Source of the DNA: an uncultured Oscillospiraceae bacterium
Lineage (GTDB): Bacteria > Bacillota > Clostridia > Christensenellales > CAG-138
Assembly (NCBI GenBank): GCA_964496795.1
Contig: CAZCAV010000004.1
Coordinates: forward strand, 4,660 to 68,659
DNA: 64,000 bases
Reading direction: 5' to 3'
Position numbers and translations under genes: made by a program. The notes under the pieces were generated by a model. It was given only the letters and a program-made list of their open reading frames with translations, was not told the DNA's origin and ran no database searches. Below are positions 52,949 through 60,922 of the stretch, one piece after another (position 1 is the stretch's first letter; each line of letters begins with the position of its first letter).

Positions 52949-53848
52949 CTATGCTTTGGCCGCCGTCAATTGTAATGGTTTGCCCGACAATATATGTTCA
53001 TCCGCCGAGTACATCGCCAGAAACAAAGCCGCAGGTGTTCCACAGCCTTTTTCGTTTACCAGCGAGGTGGCAATGGTTGCTGTATCGGTAATTCCTTGCT
53101 CGATCATTTTGTCCACAAGGCTTTGATACCCCATGGTTATCTCCATACAGGCATCCAACGCGCCTGCCGCTTTGTCCGCGCCTTGTACCAGATACCCCAG
53201 CACGTCGTAGTCGTGACCCATCAAAAGGTCCTGCGGCTTCAGAGCACGAATTTTTGCAAGCGAGGCCTGATAGTCCCTAAGGTATTGATAAAAGGCTATT
53301 CCCTGCGTGACCGTTCCGTTGCCCTGCAAGGAATCTCCACAAATCACCGCATGTGTTTTATCGTCGACCCAAGCGACGCAGTCGCTGTCATGACCCGGCG
53401 TGTAAATAACGGACAGCCGATCCGTCAGCCGTTCTCCGTCTTTCAAAATGCGATCCGCCTCTACTCCTCTTAAATATAGCTGTGGTTTTGGACTGTTCTT
53501 GGGATATTGAGAGCGAATCCTTTTTGCGACGGCCGCAGGCTTATTCAGTGCTTCCTGCCCCTGTTCGATCGTCGCGATCCGTATCTGAGGCTGCAATTCT
53601 TTGATTTTTGCGTGTCCTCCAATGTGGTCTCCATGGCTGTGGGTATGGAGCAGCCATGAGATATCGCTCAACGCAAGTCCTTCTGTCCGCAATGCAGGCA
53701 GAATGACGTTCACAACTATGTCGTCATTTGCGCCGCTGTCAATCAGGCAGGGTTCCTCCCCTTTTACCAGCACGCAGCCGCTCCAAATTGACGAAAACGG
53801 CGTTTTTAACAGGTAAATACCGTCAACAACTTCCGTAAAATGTTCCAT
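52949..53848 (-). CDS. MBL-fold metallo-hydrolase
   Basis: The product has the LLHTHSHGDHIGG motif. Confidence 0.8.
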   Translation of the reverse strand: MEHFTEVVDGIYLLKTPFSSIWSGCVLVKGEEPCLIDSGANDDIVVNVILPALRTEGLALSDISWLLHTHSHGDHIGGHAKIKELQPQIRIATIEQGQEALNKPAAVAKRIRSQYPKNSPKPQLYLRGVEADRILKDGERLTDRLSVIYTPGHDSDCVAWVDDKTHAVICGDSLQGNGTVTQGIAFYQYLRDYQASLAKIRALKPQDLLMGHDYDVLGYLVQGADKAAGALDACMEITMGYQSLVDKMIEQGITDTATIATSLVNEKGCGTPAALFLAMYSADEHILSGKPLQLTAAKA

Positions 53849-53852
53849 GCGC

Positions 53853-55043
53853 TCACACTGCCCCTCTGATTCTCAATATCTCCCGATAGGCCTGTCGGGC
53901 TACGCCTAATTCTTCATTGGCCGCAACGATTGATACAACAACTTTGGAAGTATCCGTCGAAATAACGCCCTCTCTCAGAGAACAGTTTTTGTCCTGGCTG
54001 ATAGCGACGTCGAGAAAGCTGAGCCTGCTGCATACCATTTCTCTGATTTCTGCGGAATTTTCGCCAATTCCTCCTGTGAACACCAATTGATCTAATCCTC
54101 CAAGCTCCACATAAAAGGCGCCGATATATCGCAGAACATCTGTTACAAAAACATCTACCGCCAGCTTGGCAAGATCGTTGCCCGACTGCGCCTCCCGCAT
54201 GACTTCCCGCAGATCGTTGGATACCTGTGACAAGCCCTTCAGACCTCCGTTTTGAGAGAGGCCATCCGTAATTTCATTCAGGGGCATGCCTTCGTTCAGC
54301 AGGAACGGGACGATATACGGATCCACCGTCCCGCAACGATTTGCGTGCATAACACCGGTCTGCAGGGAAAAGCCAAAGCTGCTGTCTGTGCTTTTTCCAT
54401 CTCTGATAGCGCAAACGGAGCAGCTTCCCCCAAGATGGCAGGAGATAATGCGATCGGATTTCCCGTATTCCCGGGCCTTCGATGCAACATAACTGTGTGA
54501 AGCGCCATGATACCCCATCTTTTCTATCCCATATTTCTTATACCATGTATACGGGATGGAGTACATCCGCCGTTCCTGGGGAATGGTCTTGTGAAAGGCG
54601 GTTTCAAACACGCCCACCATAGGCACGCTCCGGATAATTTCCTGGAACTGGGAAATGGCTTCGATATATGCCGCATTGTGAACCGGCGCAATGAACAAAT
54701 ACTCCCGCATGCCATTTATTACTTCATCCGTTAGTAAATGAACGCCAGTATATCCTTTCGAAAGAACTGACTTAAAGCCAATGGCTTCGATTGCCTGAAC
54801 GGATATTTTTGCGGATTCAGCCAATTCGTTCAAAAACAGTCTGATGCCGCTGGAATAATCTGGTATGCACAAGCCATCCCGATACACATGGTTGCCAAAG
54901 ACGGTATCATGATAATTCAAAATGGCCGAATCCGTGCTGCCAACCCGTTCGATTTTCACATCGCTAAGCACCGTTTCTGACGGCATGCTGTAAAGCTTAA
55001 ACTTCAGCGAAGTACTGCCAACGTTACAAATCAGCAAGTTCAT
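53853..55043 (-). CDS. Acetate/propionate/butyrate-kinase-family protein (divergent paralogue)
   Basis: The start is ATG 55043 ([15 protein letters not shown]), preceded by GAGGGAG. The product has HLGGSCSV and GGIGENS. The usual HRVVHGG region is divergent (FKSVLSKG). Confidence 0.75.
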   Translation of the reverse strand: MNLLICNVGSTSLKFKLYSMPSETVLSDVKIERVGSTDSAILNYHDTVFGNHVYRDGLCIPDYSSGIRLFLNELAESAKISVQAIEAIGFKSVLSKGYTGVHLLTDEVINGMREYLFIAPVHNAAYIEAISQFQEIIRSVPMVGVFETAFHKTIPQERRMYSIPYTWYKKYGIEKMGYHGASHSYVASKAREYGKSDRIISCHLGGSCSVCAIRDGKSTDSSFGFSLQTGVMHANRCGTVDPYIVPFLLNEGMPLNEITDGLSQNGGLKGLSQVSNDLREVMREAQSGNDLAKLAVDVFVTDVLRYIGAFYVELGGLDQLVFTGGIGENSAEIREMVCSRLSFLDVAISQDKNCSLREGVISTDTSKVVVSIVAANEELGVARQAYREILRIRGAV

Positions 55044-55097
55044 ATTCGACGTCTCCCTCTCCAGTTCGTTATCTGTCATCGTGTTATCCGGACCTGC

Positions 55098-55307
55098 TCA
55101 CCGCTCTCGGGTGATGCCAAGTCCATCCATGGACGTCAGAATGTTCTGGATATGGAGCTTGGTCTGCAGCTGCCGCACATTGATTTTCTCGATATCAGTC
55201 GACAGGGAAAAGGCTGTGCCCGCAGCTTCTCCGCTTACTGCGCAGACAGGAATCGCCCGCGTGACATTCCACATATCATCCGATGCGCTGATACATCGTC
55301 CTGCTAT
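55098..55307 (-). pseudogene. C-terminal remnant (~70 aa) of an FAD-dependent oxidoreductase (FAD_oxidored family)
   Basis: The remnant reads ..[45 protein letters not shown].., the typical C-terminus of roughly 430-460-aa enzymes. There is no upstream coding continuation. Confidence 0.6.
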
Positions 55308-56204
55308 GTGCGGGCGTTGACCGTTGTGCTTCCGTCTGGTGAAATCGTTCATTTGGGCGGAAAGGTTGTGAAAAACAGCACAGGCTATTCTCTTAAGGAT
55401 TTAATCATTGGTTCTGAAGGAACGCTGGGTATCATTACGGAAGCTGTATTAAAGCTGATCCCGCTTCCCCGGATCGCGATATCATTGCTGATTCCTTTTG
55501 CAACCATTTCTCAAGCAATAGAATGCGTGCCCAAATTGATTAAGAGCCATGTTGCCTTGACCGCTGTCGAATTCATGGAGCGCTCAACGATTCTGTTCAG
55601 CGAAGAATACCTTGGCAAGCGATTCCCGGGCACCAAAGACCCCGCTTACCTTTTGCTGACTGTTGACGGTGACAGCTTGCAGATGGTGAATGAAGGTCTG
55701 GATCATCTGGCGGACATCTGCCTGACATGCGGCGCAACAGACGTTCTCATTGTCGACACCGTTGAAAGAAAAGAATCCGTCTGGTCAGCACGCGGCGCTT
55801 TTCTGGAGGCCATCAAGGCCTCCACCACCGAAATCGACGAGTGTGATGTAGTCGTCCCTCGAAACAAAATAGCCGATTTCGTCAATTACACTCAAGCAGT
55901 TGCCGGTCAGTTCAAGGTGCGAATTCATACTTTTGGGCATGCAGGGGACGGAAATCTTCACATATACATATGCCGTGATCATTTATCCAAGAAGGAATGG
56001 ACAGCCATACGAGATGGCGTGTTCAAGCTGCTGTATGCCGAAACATGCCGGATTAAGGGGCTCGTATCCGGTGAACATGGAATTGGATATGCCAAAAAAG
56101 AGTATTTACTGGATTGCTGCGGGGCCGTACAGGTACAGCTCATGAGAGGGATCAAGGCTGCTTTTGATCCAAATTGTATCCTTAATCCGGAAAAAATAAT
56201 GTAA
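55305..56204 (+). pseudogene. C-terminal two-thirds of a GlcD-like FAD-linked oxidase; the FAD-binding N-domain is missing
   Basis: From [46 protein letters not shown] onward it is colinear with residues ~170-466 of the 44050..45450 product. Upstream of ~55305 the frame is merely antisense to the other remnant. Confidence 0.7.
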
Positions 56205-56262
56205 TATGCGGCTGACGCCAGCACGTTACATGTGCAATTTGTATATCATATAAAATTTTTTA

Positions 56263-56291
56263 TTGACAAGCGGATGCGTGCGCGCTATAAT
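56263..56291 (+). promoter_or_regulatory. Perfect consensus sigma-A promoter
   Basis: The elements are TTGACA (56263-56268), a 17-nt spacer and TATAAT (56286-56291). An A/T-rich tract, atataaaattttttat, lies immediately upstream. Confidence 0.75.
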
Positions 56292-56329
56292 GCCACACAT
56301 GCAACAGATAAGGAAAGGAGATAGCAGCC

Positions 56330-56488
56330 ATGATACGCAGTCATTGTAAAGCCCTTCGCGCCGTGGCGGCTGTTTCCGCTTTCGCCTTTACCGGTCTGGC
56401 TCGATTTTTTGCGGGCCTGTTTTGCTATTACCGCTATTATTGCGGCATATGTGCATCCGACCGGTTAGGCTGTCCGTTTATGGCATAG
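56330..56488 (+). CDS. 52-codon leader/small ORF rich in Cys and Tyr
   Basis: AAGGAAAGGAG lies 9 nt upstream of ATG 56330. The product is MIRSHCKALRAVAAVSAFAFTGLARFFAGLFCYYRYYCGICASDRLGCPFMA*. The ORF is below the track length cutoff. Confidence 0.45.
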   Translation: MIRSHCKALRAVAAVSAFAFTGLARFFAGLFCYYRYYCGICASDRLGCPFMA

Positions 56489-56515
56489 CGCGCGGCGCTG
56501 TTTCTTCGTGATTAC

Positions 56516-56551
56516 GGCAGTTCCGATTGGTCGGAACTGCCTTTTATTTTT
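56516..56551 (+). terminator. Intrinsic terminator/attenuator upstream of the ABC operon
   Basis: The perfect 11-bp stem ggcagttccga/tcggaactgcc has a ttgg loop and is followed by ttttattttt. It ends 35 nt before the SBP start. Confidence 0.8.
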
Positions 56552-56586
56552 CCGGAAAGACAATAACAATGCTAAGGAGAAAAACA

Positions 56587-57627
56587 ATGAAAAGACTCGT
56601 ATGTATGATTCTGGCGCTCGTCATGATGGGCGCGCTCCTCGGCTGCGCAGGCGCCTCCGCGCCCGCCGAAGCCACCGCTGCTTCCACGCCCGCCGAAGCA
56701 GCGGAGCCCGCTGAAACAGCCGCGGCCGAAGAGTCCGCCGCAGAAACCAAGGTATATGTCGTCGGCATTTTGCAGCAGCTTGAGCATCAGGCGCTGGACG
56801 CCGCCACGGAGGGCTTCAAGGCCGCGCTGATCGACCTGCTGGGCGAGGACGGCGTAGAATTCGATTATCAAAACGCACAGAACGATCCCACCAACTGCGC
56901 CACGATCGCCACCAAGTTCGTCAATGAGGGCGTCGATCTCATCATGGCGAACGCCACCACCGCCCTGCAGGCCGCGGCGGCCGCAACGGGCGATATCCCG
57001 ATCGTCGGCACCTCCATTACGGACTATGTTTCCGCGGGCGTTATCGATTCCAACGACGCGCCCGGCCGCAACGTGACAGGCGCTTCGGACCTTGCGCCCA
57101 TCGGTGAGCAGGTCGATCTGCTGGCGGCTCTCTGCCCCGGCGCCAAGACCGTGGGCATCGTCTACTGCTCGGCGGAGGCCAACTCCGTATTTCAGGCCGA
57201 GGCTGCTCAGACCGCGCTGGAAGCCCTGGGCATGAGCGTAAACATCTATACCGTATCCGATTCCAACGACATTCAGGCGGTCGTTACCAAGGCCGTGTCC
57301 GAGGTGGACGCCATCTATATCCCCACCGACAACACCATGGCGGACAACATGGAGATCGTCAAGAACCTGACCGTTCCCGCCAAGCTTCCCGTGATCGCGG
57401 GCGAGGAGAACATGTGCGCGGCAGGCGGACTGGCGACGCTGTCCATCAGCTACTACTCCATGGGCTACTCCGCAGGCCAAATGGCCTATGAAATACTCGT
57501 AAACGGCGCGGATCCCGCGACAATGCCCATCCGCTATGCCGAGGAGGTCACGCTGAAGTACAACAGCGAGATCGCCGCGCTCATCGGCTGGACGATTCCA
57601 GAGGACATGGTCGCCATAGGCGAATAA
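56587..57627 (+). CDS. ABC transporter substrate-binding lipoprotein (ABC_sub_bind / TrpX-like family)
   Basis: The start is ATG 56587, after AAGGAGA. The product has the signal MKRLVCMILALVMMGALLGC and an Ala/Glu-rich linker. Confidence 0.75.
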   Translation: MKRLVCMILALVMMGALLGCAGASAPAEATAASTPAEAAEPAETAAAEESAAETKVYVVGILQQLEHQALDAATEGFKAALIDLLGEDGVEFDYQNAQNDPTNCATIATKFVNEGVDLIMANATTALQAAAAATGDIPIVGTSITDYVSAGVIDSNDAPGRNVTGASDLAPIGEQVDLLAALCPGAKTVGIVYCSAEANSVFQAEAAQTALEALGMSVNIYTVSDSNDIQAVVTKAVSEVDAIYIPTDNTMADNMEIVKNLTVPAKLPVIAGEENMCAAGGLATLSISYYSMGYSAGQMAYEILVNGADPATMPIRYAEEVTLKYNSEIAALIGWTIPEDMVAIGE

Positions 57628-57649
57628 CACAAACGGGAGAAACGCAACG

Positions 57650-58555
57650 ATGAATCTTACCGCGCTTATCGCCGCCCTGCCGGGTTCGGTCGCTCAGGGT
57701 CTGATCTGGGGCGTCATGGCCATCGGCGTATACATCACCTACAAGGTGCTGGACTACGCCGACCTGACGGTGGACGGCAGCCTTGCCACCGGCGGCGCCG
57801 TCGCCGTGATGCTGATGCTTGGCGGCATGCCGCCGTATGCGGCGCTGCTGGCAGCCATGCTTGCGGGCATGGCGGCCGGACTGGCGACAGGGCTGCTGCA
57901 CACCGCGCTCGGCATCCCCTCCATACTCTCGGGCATACTGACGCAGCTTGCGCTCTACTCGATCAATATGCGCATCATGGGCAAGTCGAATCAGGCCGTG
58001 AGCGTGGATAAGCTCAAGCTGATCGTGAGCATGCGCTATGTCCCAAGAACGATACTGGTGACCGCCATATTCATCGTTGCGTTGATTGCTCTGCTGTACT
58101 GGTTTTTCGGAACCGAACGAGGCTGCTCCATCCGCGCTACCGGCTGCAATCCGGGCATGGCGCGCGCGCAGGGCATAAACACCTCCTTGAACAAGGTGAT
58201 CGCGTTGGTGATCTCAAACGGACTCGTCGCGCTTTCGGGCGCGCTGTACGCCCAATATCAGGGCAGCGCGGACGTGAAAATGGGTCAGGGCGCGATCGTC
58301 ATCGGCCTTGCGGCGGTCATCATCGGAGAGGTGCTCTTTGGCAGGCGGGCAAAGAATTTTGCGCTCAAGCTGTTAAGCGCGGTAGCGGGCGCGATCGTGT
58401 ATTTCATCGTGATCGCCCTGGTCCTGCAGCTCGGTCTGAGCACGACCGACCTGAAGCTGTTCTCCGCCTGCACCGTCGCCGTGTTCCTCGCGATCCCCTA
58501 TCTTGGCCGCACATATGGCCATAAGACGCAGAAAGGACGTAACGCGCATGCTTAA
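57650..58555 (+). CDS. ABC transporter permease
   Basis: The 301-aa product is polytopic. Confidence 0.85.
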   Translation: MNLTALIAALPGSVAQGLIWGVMAIGVYITYKVLDYADLTVDGSLATGGAVAVMLMLGGMPPYAALLAAMLAGMAAGLATGLLHTALGIPSILSGILTQLALYSINMRIMGKSNQAVSVDKLKLIVSMRYVPRTILVTAIFIVALIALLYWFFGTERGCSIRATGCNPGMARAQGINTSLNKVIALVISNGLVALSGALYAQYQGSADVKMGQGAIVIGLAAVIIGEVLFGRRAKNFALKLLSAVAGAIVYFIVIALVLQLGLSTTDLKLFSACTVAVFLAIPYLGRTYGHKTQKGRNAHA

Positions 58556-59342
58556 GCTCGATCATATCTGTAAGACCTTCAACGCCGGAACCGTGAACGA
58601 GAAGGTCGCTCTGAACGATTTCTCGCTCACGCTCAGGGAGGGCGAGTTTGTCACCGTGATAGGCGGCAACGGCGCCGGAAAGTCCACCATGCTCAACGCG
58701 GTGGCCGGCGTCTGGCCGCTGGATTCCGGCAGCGTCGTGATCGACGGAGCGGACGTTACCCGCCTTTCGGAATACCGGCGGGCCGCATACCTTGGCCGCG
58801 TCTTTCAGGATCCCATGACCGGCACGGCCGCCTCCATGGGCATCGACGAAAACCTTGCGCTCGCCTACCGGCGGGGACGAAACCGCGGCCTTCGCTGGGG
58901 CATCTCCGGCAGGGAGCGCGCGATGTATCGCGATCTCCTTGCATCTCTGGAGCTCGGCCTCGAGGATCGGCTTTCCACCAAGGTCGGGCTGCTCTCCGGC
59001 GGCCAGAGGCAGGCGCTGACGCTGCTGATGGCGACGCTGCAAAAGCCCAAGCTCCTGCTGCTCGACGAGCATACCGCAGCGCTCGATCCGAAAACGGCGG
59101 GCAAGGTGCTGACGCTCTCGGATCAGATCATCGCCAGAAATAAGCTCACGGCCATGATGGTGACCCATAATATGCGCGACGCCATCGCCTACGGCAGCCG
59201 GCTCATCATGATGTACGAGGGCGGAATAGCGCTGGACATTTCGGGCGAGGCCAAAAAGCGCCTGACGGTGGAGGGCCTGCTCTGGCAGTTTGAAAAGGCG
59301 AGCGGCACGCAGTTTGCCAACGACCGCGCCCTGCTTGCCTGA
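58548..59342 (+). CDS. ABC transporter ATP-binding protein
   Basis: The start is ATG 58548 (MLKLDHICKTF), which overlaps the permease stop by 8 nt. The product has Walker A GGNGAGKST and the signature LSGGQRQA. Confidence 0.9.
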   Translation: MLKLDHICKTFNAGTVNEKVALNDFSLTLREGEFVTVIGGNGAGKSTMLNAVAGVWPLDSGSVVIDGADVTRLSEYRRAAYLGRVFQDPMTGTAASMGIDENLALAYRRGRNRGLRWGISGRERAMYRDLLASLELGLEDRLSTKVGLLSGGQRQALTLLMATLQKPKLLLLDEHTAALDPKTAGKVLTLSDQIIARNKLTAMMVTHNMRDAIAYGSRLIMMYEGGIALDISGEAKKRLTVEGLLWQFEKASGTQFANDRALLA

Positions 59343-59379
59343 GCGCGCGGAACCGTCAAAAGCTGGTTTTAGTGAATAA

Positions 59380-59419
59380 GGGCGCAAGCAGGACGTGATC
59401 GTCCCGTTTGCGCCCCTTT
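59380..59419 (+). terminator. Possible terminator after the ABC operon
   Basis: The long hairpin is gggcgcaa..ggacg-tgat-cgtcc..ttgcgccc. The trailing U-tract is weak (cttt). Confidence 0.4.
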
Positions 59420-59479
59420 CGCGCTTATGATATACTGACTACTGCATATCCGGACATATTTTTGGGGAGGTATCGTTAT

Positions 59480-60115
59480 ATGCTGTTTGGAGACCCGTCG
59501 GGCGCGTCCCAGGCGGACGCCGCCATTGCCGCCGTTCGAGATCCCAGCCGTTTCAACTGGACCACCATTTTCTTTCTGGCCGTCGTCGTCATACTGTATA
59601 TCGACGAGTATAAAAAAGGAAACTATAAGGCCATCGCGGCCGCGCTCGCGCTGTACAGCGTGCACTGGCTGTATGAGATCGCAAACGCTGTGATCTGCCA
59701 TTTTACAGGCTACGCGCTCTGGACCGTTTCGCCGGAAAGCACATCGTTCATACTGCTCATCGGCGTCAGCGTGGAGCTTTCGTTCATGTTCTCGATCGCC
59801 GGCTTTACCAGTAAGCTACTGCCCAAGGACAAGGACATGAAGATCCTCGGCGTCAACAATCGCATCGTATTTGCCATTGGCTCCGCGCTGCTGTTCTCTC
59901 TGATCGAGATCTTCCTCGCCTGGACGCCCGCGTTCATATGGGTCTATAAGTGGTGGGGCGCGATCCCCGTATTCATCACGACCTATATCCCCTTCTTCCT
60001 GGCCAGCTACCTGATCTATGACAAGCCGCCCAAAACGCAGAAACGGTTTATCATTACGCTGTGCGCCGTCAATATCGTGCTGCTTGCCGTTCTCATTCCC
60101 CTCGGGATCATCTAG
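59480..60115 (+). CDS. Hypothetical polytopic membrane protein
   Basis: The start is ATG 59480, after GGGGAGG. The extended -10 TGATATACT is at 59428-59436. The product has about 6 hydrophobic segments. I do not recognise a family. Confidence 0.6.
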   Translation: MLFGDPSGASQADAAIAAVRDPSRFNWTTIFFLAVVVILYIDEYKKGNYKAIAAALALYSVHWLYEIANAVICHFTGYALWTVSPESTSFILLIGVSVELSFMFSIAGFTSKLLPKDKDMKILGVNNRIVFAIGSALLFSLIEIFLAWTPAFIWVYKWWGAIPVFITTYIPFFLASYLIYDKPPKTQKRFIITLCAVNIVLLAVLIPLGII

Positions 60116-60127
60116 GCGGCGACCGGC

Positions 60128-60808
60128 TTATTCCGTTCGTTTTTCCGGATCCGCGATCCTGTCCGCATACTGCGGATAGTCCTTGATAAACCGCCGTATG
60201 ACCCCATGCTTCTTCCAGTAGTGCATCGGGTAGACGCGCTTTGCGCGGGCAGCGGCAAGGAAATACGCCAGCCCGTCCGCATAATGCGCCTCCAGGCGCG
60301 GGTCCAGCGGCACGAAAGCGATATCGATCTCCCGCCCCCTGAGCTTATCGATCTCATGGCGGTAGTTGCCGCGCATCTGGCGGTTTTCTTCGTCGCTTTC
60401 GCCCTCCCAGCACCAGTCGTTGAGGTCGCCCGCGTGATAGATCACGCCCTCGCTGCATGTAAGCAGAAAGGCTACGCCGCTGTCGGTGGACCGGAGCGTT
60501 TCGAGCGTTTCGCCGCCGCTGAGCGTGTAGCTTTTTCCTGCGCGCACGGGCAGGACCTCAACGTTCTTCGGGTATTTCTTTTCAGGGATATCGCAGGCGA
60601 GCACGGCGGATATGCCGCGCATGCCCATCGTCTCAAGCAGTCCGAACTGAGCGGGATTGTAGTGATCCGCATGCGCATGGCTGCTAAACACGACGATGGG
60701 CTTGTTGGCGTCAAGCGGCGGGATATCTCCCTTGTAATAATCGAACAGATAGTAGCTCTGCTCCGTTTCGAGCAGGAATCCGCTATGCTGGATATAGCGT
60801 ACACGCAT
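60128..60808 (-). CDS. MBL-fold metallo-hydrolase
   Basis: The start is ATG 60808 (MRVRYIQHSGFLLE). The product has the SSHAHADH motif. Confidence 0.75.
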   Translation of the reverse strand: MRVRYIQHSGFLLETEQSYYLFDYYKGDIPPLDANKPIVVFSSHAHADHYNPAQFGLLETMGMRGISAVLACDIPEKKYPKNVEVLPVRAGKSYTLSGGETLETLRSTDSGVAFLLTCSEGVIYHAGDLNDWCWEGESDEENRQMRGNYRHEIDKLRGREIDIAFVPLDPRLEAHYADGLAYFLAAARAKRVYPMHYWKKHGVIRRFIKDYPQYADRIADPEKRTE

Positions 60809-60922
60809 AGTATCTCTCTCCCTTCCCATAGGGTGCGCCTATGGATATATACAGTGTAGCAGCCATTCGGGCAAATATCCAGCACGTGCGATCCGCTTTC
60901 CGTTCGGGCGCGCAAGGCAGGC

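Noticed and set aside
56292-56551. A T-box or other known riboswitch in the leader of the ABC operon.
   Set aside because: I could not find the T-box consensus (..GGGTGGTACCGCG..) or the core motifs I remember for TPP, SAM, cobalamin, FMN, purine or glycine riboswitches. This is an eye search only, so it remains open to a covariance-model scan.
60826-60844. The inverted repeat CCATAGG-N5-CCTATGG just upstream of the MBL gene RBS, considered as a terminator or operator.
   Set aside because: The stem is short, no T-tract follows, and no second copy was found. The evidence is insufficient for a call.
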